Origin: Octopus bimaculoides
Lineage: Eukaryota
DNA length: 37,277 bases
Direction: 5' to 3'
Assembly: GCF_001194135.2 (NCBI RefSeq)
Contig: NC_068999.1
Location: 6,621,171 to 6,658,447 of the forward strand
The notes beneath the pieces were generated by a model. It did no database searches. It was not told the origin of the DNA and was given only the letters and a program-made list of their open reading frames with translations. A program made the translations under genes and the position numbers. This document shows positions 24,872 to 34,103 of the stretch, in pieces. The number at the start of each line of letters is the position of its first letter. Position 1 is the stretch's first letter.

Positions 24872-25763
24872 CTGGAAAAAAAATACGTCATCTATAGATG
24901 AAACTTTATAGACTGTAATAACTATGTAAAGTAGAAATGACAATTGTGAAGTAGCAAAGAGATGTATTAAAACACAGGAATAGTCTTTAGAAAAAAAAAG
25001 AATCAGGATTTAGAGTAAAGTAATGGGGCTAATGGAATCACTTCCGGGAATAGATATGTGAAGCAATATCTTTATATACGAGTGTATCTAATAATAATTC
25101 TATATAACTGGCTGTGTGTTTGTGTTTGTATGTGAGCATCGATGGTCTGTTTCAGTGTATTAAGATTTAACTATTGTCTAAAGTGGAGATCGCTGAAATA
25201 TAATACGAGATAATGACGAGAGTCGATTCAAGTGTTAGTGACCCTTTAATCAATCAAAATCTGTAACCCTAAAAAGGCCGTATCTATACAAGCCCCTTCA
25301 TGTTATCCACTCATCTTCAAATCCGTCTCTCTGTCTATCAATCTATTCCTTGGCGCTGTTCAGACACCCACTTTATATTATCTTCTGCTTCCTTTTTAAC
25401 GAGAGTTTTTCGGGGTTTTTTTTTTTCATATTCACTAAAATTAGTGTGACATGGTGTCATGTTGTTAACCTCTTCACTTTCATATTTCTAATCCTTTGCC
25501 TGTCCAAGCGTTTTCGTTAGCTCGTCCAAAACGTCCGTGCTTGTTTTCAGACGTTTAGTTAGCCCTTGTTTCATACGTTTGGAATAATATAAAGCCTTCC
25601 CTTCATAAGTCCCAAGTAACTAAGCTGATTGGAAAAAATTGGGAACGCATGTTATAACTAATTCATGGAGACTAGGGAAGTATTTCCTGCGTATCACATG
25701 ACACATACAAGACAGATAAAGTGTTAACAATTCACAGAAAACTTTCGTTCGTTGTTCGCTGTT

Positions 25764-26103
25764 TTCCCAACAATTCTTCCTCTCTAAACCATTGAAGATA
25801 TAAAGTAAAATAAAACGTAATAAAATTCTGAAAACTGTCCAAGACTATCGTTGTCGTTATAATGGGAAATGACATGACGTCATAAAAGAAAATTTTCATT
25901 ATCTTAACTTATACATAACTCTTATTCTTTTACCTTTTACGATATCCACGTAAATGACTAGTTAATCAATGTCTGGTTCCACACGGTCGTAAGGAACAGC
26001 TCTTTGGAATAAATCAACTCATACCTTTCTACAACCATTGAAGATATGAAGTAATAAATAATGAAATTCAAGTGGTGTGATGTCATAAAAGAACATTTTC
26101 ATA
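25764..26103 (+). repeat. Unnamed ~246-bp repeat, about 1.3 tandem units
   Basis: ATTGAAGATA at 25791 and 26037 (246-bp period); TGACGTCATAAAAGAA recurs as TGATGTCATAAAAGAA; similar to 21381-21672. Confidence 0.75.
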
Positions 26104-26164
26104 GCTGAAAAAAAAAAGAATATGATAATTATATATCCATGGCTAAAATTAATTACTTTTGTAC

Positions 26165-26590
26165 AGGTGTAGGCGTTTGTGTATGGTCAAAAAGTTCGCT
26201 TCGAAATTGCAAGGTTGTTAGTTCAGTCCCACTGCACTGCAACTTGGGCAGGTTTTTTCAACTATTGCCCTCAACCTACCAAAACATTGAGAGTAAATTT
26301 GGTAGAGGAAAACTATTTGGAAGCCCTTCGCGTATATGTATGTGCGTTTGTGTGTGCGTATGTATGCAGGTTTGCATGTGTGTGTGTGCGTATGTGTGTG
26401 TCCCCTACCCTCTAGTGTTGGTTTATTTACGTCCTTTATCATAGCGGTTCGGCAAAAGTGACCGATAGCATAAGTACCAGACTTTAAAAAAAAGAACAAG
26501 TACTGGAGTCGATTTATTCGACTAAACTCTTCAAGCCAGTGCCCCAGCATGGCCGCAATCCAATGACTGCAACCAGTCAAAGAATAAAGA
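26165..26590 (+). mobile_element. Composite SINE: family-A tRNA head (26165-26330), internal TG-rich tract, family-C 3' module (26410-26590)
   Basis: GTTCAGTCCCACTG...CTTGGGCAG head; 3' module TTTACGTCC..AGCGGTTCGGCAAAAG.GACCGATAG.ATAAGTACCAG..GTCGAT..CCAGCATGGCCGCA..AATGACTG. Confidence 0.8.
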
Positions 26591-27259
26591 CTTAATAAAT
26601 CTTCTTCTTTATAATTCGTTTATTGTTTCTTATGATTTATTTTAGTTTTGTATTATTTAACATTCTAAAAAGAAAACCTAGATATATTCTGATGTAACGA
26701 ACCCTTAAAATTAAGGTTTATGCTGTTATAGAACAGATAAATTTCCAACCATTACTCGGAAACTGCACATTGTGGAGTTATGTCTCCCAGTGATTTTGTA
26801 AAAAGTGGGGTAAAGTGACAAAAATAGTTGTTCTATTGCACTGTATTTTCCGACACCGATTTCTCACTAGCACCAGAAATAATTCCAAACTGTAAAAAGT
26901 TGTTTTAATACAATGGAAACAATGGAAGGAAAATACTTTTTAATTTAAACGAATAAAAAAAAAAGACTGATTCTCTGATTCCAAATGGAAATGATTGAAA
27001 CCAGACTTTCAATTAATTGCTTCATAATAAGTAGTAATTAAATAGGTTACTTTGATGAATTACTTTCAGCTAACACAACGGTGTGTCTATGTATTTATAT
27101 ATACACAAAAACATGCGTATATATATACATACATACATATACATATATATATATATGTATATANNNNNNNNNNNNNNNNNNNNNNNNNNNNNNNNNNNNN
27201 NNNNNNNNNNNNNNNNNNNNNNNNNNNNNNNNNNNNNNNNNNNNNNNNNNNNNATGTAT

Positions 27260-27308
27260 GGCGGTGCCACAGCATGACCGCAGTCACGTGACTGAAATCA
27301 TTGAAATA
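27260..27308 (+). mobile_element. SINE family-C 3' end after gap
   Basis: GGCGGTGCCACAGCATGACCGCAGTCACGTGACTGAAA. Confidence 0.7.
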
Positions 27309-27352
27309 ACAAAAGAATACGGTCACACATGCTTTCGTACTCGCACGAAATT

Positions 27353-27399
<47 letters not shown>

Positions 27400-27519
27400 C
27401 ATATATATACATGTATATATCTATGTATGCGTATATATGTGAGCGTGTGAGTGCATATGTATTCATATGTGTACAATTTGGCGCGAGTACAAGTGTAGGT
27501 GTGATCGTATTCCTTTGAT

Positions 27520-27568
27520 CTTTTAATGGTTCCAGCCAAGTCTCTGCGGCCGCGCTGGAGCACCGTCC
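27520..27568 (-). mobile_element. SINE family-C 3' end fragment
   Basis: CTGCGGCCGCGCTGGAGCACCG is the reverse complement of the family-C end. Confidence 0.6.
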
Positions 27569-27943
27569 TATCGGCCATATTGATACCATTATATATTTCA
27601 CCAAGTACATTTTTTTTTCATCGATTTACATTTACCGGATGCCTAAATTTTATACCGTATAATTCTAATATGTGTGATGCATACATTTGTATGTGTGTGG
27701 TTTTCTGTGTTGTTTTTTTAGAAAAAACTTCGGTGGTGTTTGTTTTTGGCGTCTTTCTTTCTGATCCGGTGAAACGATATGATCGACTCTCAGTCATAAT
27801 ATAAGACTGTTGCCATGCTGGAGCAAAGCAGCAGTCTTATACTCAAATCAGAAAAAAAAACAAAAAAAAATCATTAAAAATAAGAACAACAACAACAACA
27901 ATACTATAATGAACGGAGGCGGTAGCAGTGACGAGGCGCCGGC

Positions 27944-28015
27944 TAATTAACATGACGTCACATGATGGTATGACGTCACGTACAGGAGTTTTAACTAACA
28001 TTACAATGTAATTAC
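27944..28015. promoter_or_regulatory. Tandem CRE (TGACGTCA x2) flanked by TAATTA motifs
   Basis: Perfect TGACGTCA at 27953-27960 and 27971-27978 with TAATTA on both sides, in non-repetitive sequence. Confidence 0.45.
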
Positions 28016-28059
28016 AATTGACAGACGCGTTAGACTGCTGTCTGCTAACTGATGAGCCA

Positions 28060-28417
28060 GCGTTGTTGTTGTTGCTGTTGTTGTTGTTGTTGCTGCTTTT
28101 CCCGTTGATGATTTTCTTCTGGTTGTTATGTTGTTAGTTTTTGATATTAAGTACGATAATGATGATGAAACAGTGTTGATAATAAGGATGATAATCAATA
28201 TCACTCTCGTTGTGGTCGTCGTCGTCGTCGTCGACGGTATCATCACCATCAGCAGCAGCAGCAGCAACACTAACAACAGCAGCTACAGCATCGTTACCAT
28301 CATCATCAACATCATCATCATCATCATCATCATCACATCACCATCATCTTTCTCATCATCGTCATTATCATCATGTTAGGATGTCGAGTAGTAGTAGTAG
28401 TGGTGGTGGTGGTGGTG

Positions 28418-28457
<40 letters not shown>

Positions 28458-28501
28458 AAGAAGAAGGAGGAGGAGGAGGAGAAGGAGAAGGAGAAGAAGA
28501 A

Positions 28502-28548
<47 letters not shown>

Positions 28549-28750
28549 AGAAGAAGAAGAAGAAGAAGAAGAAGAAGAAGAAGAAGAAGAAGAAGAAGAA
28601 GAAGAAGAAGAAGAAGAAGAAGAAGAAGAAGAAGAAGAAGAAGAAGAAAAAGAAAAAGAAGAAGAAGAAGAAGAAGAAGAAGAAGAAGAAGAAGAAGAAG
28701 AAGAAGAAGAAGAAGAAGAAGAAGAAGAAGAAGAAGAAGAAGAAGAAGAA
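28060..28750 (+). repeat. Chain of trinucleotide repeats (GTT, GTC, AGC, CAT, GTA, GGT) ending in a ~290-bp (GAA)-dominated purine tract
   Basis: Directly visible; source of poly-E/R/F ORFs. Confidence 0.95.
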
Positions 28751-28790
28751 AGGGGGGAAATGAGGAGGAGAAAGGAGAGTAAAATGTTGA

Positions 28791-29000
28791 ACTAGCAGAA
28801 TCGTTAGCGTGTCGGACGAAATGCTTAGCTGCATTTCTTCCAGCACGTTATATTCTGGGTTCAAATCTCACCGAGGTCAGCAGTTTTGCCTTTCATCTCT
28901 CAAGAGTCAATAAAATGAGTAAACACTCAAGTACTTGGGTCAATGTAAAGGAAATACCCTCAACCCCAAAATTCCTGGCCTTGTGCCGAAATTTGAAACA
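28791..29000 (+). mobile_element. tRNA-derived SINE family B, diverged
   Basis: AGCAGAATCGTTAGCGTGTCGGACGAAATGCTTAGC...GGGTTCAAATCTCACCGAGGTC...TTTGCCTTTCATC. Confidence 0.85.
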
Positions 29001-29167
29001 CAACCATATGTGCGCGACATTGTTTGTTTGTTTTTTTTTCCTCTTTCTTTACGATTCGATGATAAACACCCACGCTTTTTGTCTGTCTCTGTATTGTCAG
29101 CCTCATCCTTCGCCCTTATGGCAAATAAATGGAATCATTACTATTATTATTGTTGTTGTTATTATTA

Positions 29168-29271
29168 TTATCAATTTCTTAAAAATATAAAACAACGTTG
29201 TTTTATAGTTTTAAGAAATTGATAAAAGAACATTTTATAAATTTACGTTGTTTTATATTTTTAAGAAATTG
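29168..29271. repeat. 58-bp spacer-less palindrome plus a direct copy of its right arm
   Basis: 29168-29225 is self-complementary around AACAAC|GTTGTT with one mismatch; the right arm recurs 50 bp downstream. Confidence 0.92.
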
Positions 29272-29289
29272 TTGTTGTTATTATTATTA

Positions 29290-29323
<34 letters not shown>

Positions 29324-29331
29324 CATTATCA

Positions 29332-29371
<40 letters not shown>

Positions 29372-29382
29372 CATCATTATCA

Positions 29383-29435
<53 letters not shown>

Positions 29436-29501
29436 TGAAGTTTATATAAGCGATTATTTCCTCTCCTTAAATTGACCGGCCTTCAGTCAAAATTTGGAAG
29501 A

Positions 29502-29564
<63 letters not shown>

Positions 29565-29565
29565 T
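29272..29565 (+). repeat. (TAT)n tracts
   Basis: Directly visible. Confidence 0.95.
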
Positions 29566-29894
29566 GCTGTTGTGGTTATGATAAAATTACTGTTGTTTCC
29601 CCTATTTTATTGTCTGTTTATTTTTTTAAAAAAAGATAACAGTAGTTTTGTGAAGTACGTCCTGCAGCATTCAACATAGAATTTCACAAACGTGTTTCCT
29701 GTACAGATTATCAATAATCTATATTAATTGATTAATATTAGTTAAATAAGTTAAATAAAGTTTTTACTAGAATTTTTCTTTCCTTCCTACCGCCATACAT
29801 ACATATATACATAACAACATACCTACGCACATACAGGTATACATAACTGAATACTTACATACGTACATTCATAAACATATTTCACTGAGCTTAC

Positions 29895-30026
29895 CTGTGT
29901 GTTTTTCTCCCCCATTATAAACTGTCTGCAGCAATAATCGAAGCTTACAAAAGTGTTCACACACGGCTTAGGGTGAATACAGGGTGTATTATGGAATTCG
30001 GCGGATGGGTGTATAGATATACGTTA
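29895..30026 (-). other. Candidate 132-nt exon (probably 5'UTR, with ATG near its 3' end)
   Basis: Minus strand: TTTGTTGTTCCTTTCAG acceptor and CAG|GTAAGC donor; all three frames contain a stop; ATAATGG start gives MGEKNTQ at the donor. Confidence 0.5.
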
Positions 30027-30973
30027 CTGAAAGGAACAACAAACTTGTGAATTTGGATTGAATCAACAAATGAAGTTATGAAATATTTTAGTGTCTCACA
30101 CTGAATGCTTTTTTTTTTTTTATCCATCTGTATCGATCGTTACTCTGTCTTTTATTATATGTAAAAGACAAACTGATATTATTTATTCTCNNNNNNNNNN
30201 NNNNNNNNNNNNNNNNNNNNNNNNNNNNNNNNNNNNNNNNNNNNNNNNNNNNNNNNNNNNNNNNNNNNNNNNNNNNNNNNNNNNNNNNNNNNNNNNNNNN
30301 NNNNNNNNNNNNNNNNNNNNNNNNNNNNNNNNNNNNNNNNNNNNNNNNNNNNNNNNNNNNNNNNNNNNNNNNNNNNNNNNNNNNNNNNNNNNNNNNNNNN
30401 NNNNNNNNNNNNNNNNNNNNNNNNNNNNNNNNNNNNNNNNNNNNNNNNNNNNNNNNNNNNNNNNNNNNNNNNNNNNNNNNNNNNNNNNNNNNNNNNNNNN
30501 NNNNNNNNNNNNNNNNNNNNNNNNNNNNNNNNNNNNNNNNNNNNNNNNNNNNNNNNNNNNNNNNNNNNNNNNNNNNNNNNNNNNNNNNNNNNNNNNNNNN
30601 NNNNNNNNNNNNNNNNNNNNNNNNNNNNNNNNNNNNNNNNNNNNNNNNNNNNNNNNNNNNNNNNNNNNNNNNNNNNNNNNNNNNNNNNNNNNNNNNNNNN
30701 NNNNNNNNNNNNNNNNNNNNNNNNNNNNNNNNNNNNNNNNNNNNNNNNNNNNNNNNNNNNNNNNNNNNNNNNNNNNNNNNNNNNNNNNNNNNNNNNNNNN
30801 NNNNNNNNNNNNNNNNNNNNNNNNNNNNNNNNNNNNNNNNNNNNNNNNNNNNNNNNNNNNNNNNNNNNNNNNNNNNNNNNNNNNNNNNNNNNNNNNNNNN
30901 NNNNNNNNNNNNNNNNNNNNNNNNNNNNNNNNNNNNNNNNNNNNNNNNNNNNNNNNNNNNNNNNNNNNNNNNN

Positions 30974-31007
<34 letters not shown>

Positions 31008-31857
31008 TTATAAATTGAGGATATAATCATTAAAATGATTGTATCAGTGACTAGCGGGTAAAAAACCACAATATCGGTAAAATTCATTTTTAAGTATATA
31101 TTTTTATAATTATATACTTAAGAATATATATATACATATATTTATGTATGTATGCATATATATGTATATATATGTGTGTGTGCGTGCCTTGTTAGCGTAC
31201 TTATACGTATATATCTCATACCATGTGTAGATGCAAAACCTGATGTCTCTTTTATTAAATTGCTTACATGAAAATCGGTAAAACGTGGGGCTAATAGTTA
31301 TAATCTTCGTAATTCAAGCCTAAAATTAAACGAGTAACCTACTCTCGCACTTGTGTGTGTGTGTCCGTGCGTGTGTGTGTACGTACGTATGTATATGTAT
31401 GTATGTATGTATGTATGCATACATACTTACATACATATACATACATATACATACATATACATACATGCATGCATGTTTATATAAGCCTCAGGCTGGAGAT
31501 ATATATTTACAGAAATTACAAAATTCAGCTGGTGTCGGTAAGTAATGACACGAAATTTAAAACTAATATTTATGCTATGAGAATAGCCGCAATCTCTGCG
31601 TGAAATAAATACAGAAGAGATGTATTAGTTTTCTGAAAATGAGAGCAAATCTGTGAGAAAATAAAGGAGATGCATCGTCGCCATTGTTACAGCATAAATG
31701 TCTCTTGTCATAAGATAATGGATCTGACAGCTAAGAGGAAAAGTGCAATGAAGAGGTAGGAAAGGGCGAGCTTATATATGCATGTGTGTGTGTGTGTGTG
31801 TTTTGTGTGTGTGTGCGTGTGTATGGTGTATGCATGCATGTACATTACTATGTGTTG

Positions 31858-32050
31858 TGGTGGATGTGCGTGGCACATGTGCGTGCTTTCGATTCCTGAT
31901 CTGGGCGGTGAGTTGTGTTCTTGAGTGGCAAAACTGTGTGATCCTGCTGCGGACCAGCGTTCCATCCGGAAGGACGGGCGTATATACGTCACAAAATCCG
32001 AAAAACAGGCCCTATGAACCTGTGACTCGGGAGGGACCTTTCGTCCCTTT
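31858..32050 (+). mobile_element. tRNA-derived SINE family D, internally deleted
   Basis: TTTCGATTCCTGATCTGGGCGGTGAGTTGTGTTCTTGAG head and ...AGGCCCTATGA..GTGACTCGGGAGGGACCTTT 3' end mirror 9647-9870. Confidence 0.78.
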
Positions 32051-32086
32051 GTTATGCATATATATACATACATATATATATATATA

Positions 32087-32141
32087 CAGGGTTGGCCAAA
32101 AGTCACCTGACAGTAAATCAAAACCATTTAATTCCAAGATG
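32087..32141 (+). mobile_element. Tc1/mariner-like terminal sequence, copy 1 (runs into gap)
   Basis: TA followed by CAGGGTTGGCCAAAAGTCACCTGACAGTA; identical to 32469-32523. Confidence 0.6.
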
Positions 32142-32468
32142 NNNNNNNNNNNNNNNNNNNNNNNNNNNNNNNNNNNNNNNNNNNNNNNNNNNNNNNNNNN
32201 NNNNNNNNNNNNNNNNNNNNNNNNNNNNNNNNNNNNNNNNNNNNNNNNNNNNNNNNNNNNNNNNNNNNNNNNNNNNNNNNNNNNNGTGATTAGATGATTC
32301 GGCATCTATTTCTAGCATATAGGAGTCCACTTTTGCTGGTCATCCCTCTTATTTTTGTATGTAATATAATTTTAATGTTCGGATTTTTTTAATATGCTAG
32401 ACCACTGGTTCAAATTGATTAATATCAATTTCTACCCTCATAAATAATTTTTTATATATATATATATA

Positions 32469-32523
32469 CAGGGTTGGCCAAAAGTCACCTGACAGTAAAT
32501 CAAAACCATTTAATTCCAAGATG
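32469..32523 (+). mobile_element. Tc1/mariner-like terminal sequence, copy 2
   Basis: TA|CAGGG start within a (TA)n run; no clear matching opposite TIR or transposase found. Confidence 0.6.
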
Positions 32524-33081
32524 TATTTATGTTTAACAACTGAATGAATTTAATAAAAGGATCTGAATATGAAACACTATTAATAGTGGGTTAAAAGTGA
32601 AATGGTTAATTTTTGTTCCAGTTAAAGTTAAGTAACTATCAGTCATGCAGTTGGTGGTATGATCTTCCAGTGTTACAGAAGGCACTCGCTGGTGTGGTTG
32701 TATTTAGTCAACATCTCTGATCTAATATTTACTAGGTTCTCAGATTTATCTAAAAGATTTTGAATATTAGGCTCTTCTCAAGTGTATCTAACTCACACAG
32801 ATTTGTCATTTTCTGTATGGTCTGCATTTTCTGTTTGGCATTTATCATCTGATAATCGCTTTCCATTAAAAGAATATGAAAAGTCAAGTCAAAATGTATT
32901 ATCACTGACAGACTATACCGTATTATATAAATATTTCATTATACTCTATTTTCGTTCATGCAAATACCTATTACTTTACACACACATATATACATGCATA
33001 CGTACCTATATATGCTAGTATACACAGGCAACAGGTACATATATATATGTGTGTGTCTGTGTCTGTGTGCTTGTGTGTATA

Positions 33082-33154
<73 letters not shown>

Positions 33155-33480
33155 TACATATACCTATGCATATAATTAAATAAGATTAACTAAACAAAGC
33201 TAAAAGATGTAAAGTAACACGCATAAACAAAAGAGAATAAAAGAGAAAATCGTTACGAAATGAAACAGTTATTGACCCAGCAGGTAAATAGGTAATTATG
33301 GTAAATTCTAGAGTGTATTTCCTTGATTATCTTTAGTTTAGACATTCTGGCAATCGTAAGTAGAAAATGGAACAGTGAAAGTAGAGTATTTCTTTTATAT
33401 GAAGCATAACAAACTGTATAAAGTATTTATTTTCTCAATGTATATAGGTCCATGGACAAATATATATAAGTAGACTATAA

Positions 33481-33495
33481 GTATAGATAGATAGG

Positions 33496-33568
<73 letters not shown>
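33481..33568 (+). repeat. (GATA)n tract ((TATC)n on minus strand) abutting the RTE fragment
   Basis: Directly visible. Confidence 0.95.
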
Positions 33569-33569
<1 letters not shown>

Positions 33570-33768
33570 TAGGTCGTCTTCCTCGTTCTTCTCCTGGTTC
33601 TTCCTTCCGTGGGTTGCCAGAGCACTAGCTTGTTAGCAATTTCATCGGTATGTCTGATGCGGCATCCAGCTAGCCTCATATTTCTATGTTGTATCTTCAA
33701 TGTTACTTTTTTGGTAGTCCCTGGTATAAGTCGGCGTTTGTTGTATGACTCTTCCAGGAGACATTGAG
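33569..33768 (-). mobile_element. RTE-clade LINE fragment (post-RT C-terminal region), frameshifted
   Basis: LNVSWKSHTTNADLYQGLPK / VTLKIQHRNMRLAGCRIRHTDEIANKLVLWQPTEGRTRRRTRKTTY matches the RTE-clade pattern ALNxSWxxHxTNxxLY...RLRLAGH...LVLWQP..GRR..TY. Confidence 0.85.
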
Positions 33769-33794
33769 TTTAAGGCTCGGGAAAAATGGATAAG

Positions 33795-33832
33795 TCTTTT
33801 ACGTTTCGAGCCTACGCTCTTCGACAGAAAGA
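33795..33832 (-). ncRNA. Minimal type I hammerhead-ribozyme-like motif (variant core)
   Basis: UCUUU-CUGUCGA-A-GAGC(GUAG)GCUC-GAAA-C-GU-A-AAAGA: 5-bp stem I, 4-bp stem II, palindromic ACGU stem III; A6 replaced by U. Confidence 0.65.
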
Positions 33833-33864
33833 AATGGAGAGAGAACGAAAAAAAAAATGGAGAG

Positions 33865-33957
33865 AAAACACATGTCCAAAGTAGTGCCCAGTGGGAATGA
33901 ACCCGAACCCACATGATTGTAAAGCCAACGTCTTAACCACACAGCTATGCTTGCATC
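33865..33957 (-). mobile_element. tRNA-derived SINE family A head
   Basis: TAGCTGTGTGGTTAAG (A box)...GGGTTCATTCCCACTG (B box)...TTTGGACATGTGTTTT. Confidence 0.8.
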
Positions 33958-33972
33958 TAAGCCAGGTGCTTT

Positions 33973-34103
33973 GCTTATAACACCTAGGTTTCTCCTCTGA
34001 TAACAAACTCACTCATTTAAGTACTAACCAAGCTCGAAGTTGATTAACTTCGGTGATCGAACGAGATCCGATGTTTTCAAAGTGATGTGGACTGAAAGTA
34101 GAT
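33973..34103 (-). pseudogene. Degenerate 5S rRNA copy or 5S-derived SINE3 head
   Basis: Minus strand CACTTTGAAAACATCGGATCTCGTTCGATCACCGAAGTTAATCAACTTCGAGCTTGGTTAGTACTT aligns with metazoan 5S rRNA; box C region altered, small insertions, no T-run terminator. Confidence 0.85.

Noticed and set aside
28210-28864. Poly-Arg, poly-Glu and poly-Phe ORFs
   Set aside because: Translations of the (GAA)n tract.
31513-31537. Possible 25-nt plus-strand micro-exon (TTTACAG ... TCG|GTAAGT)
   Set aside because: Weak polypyrimidine tract, isolated, and opposite to the other exon candidates.
32524-32950. Search for a transposase downstream of the mariner-like end
   Set aside because: The frames I translated are short and lack DDE/DDD or HTH motifs.
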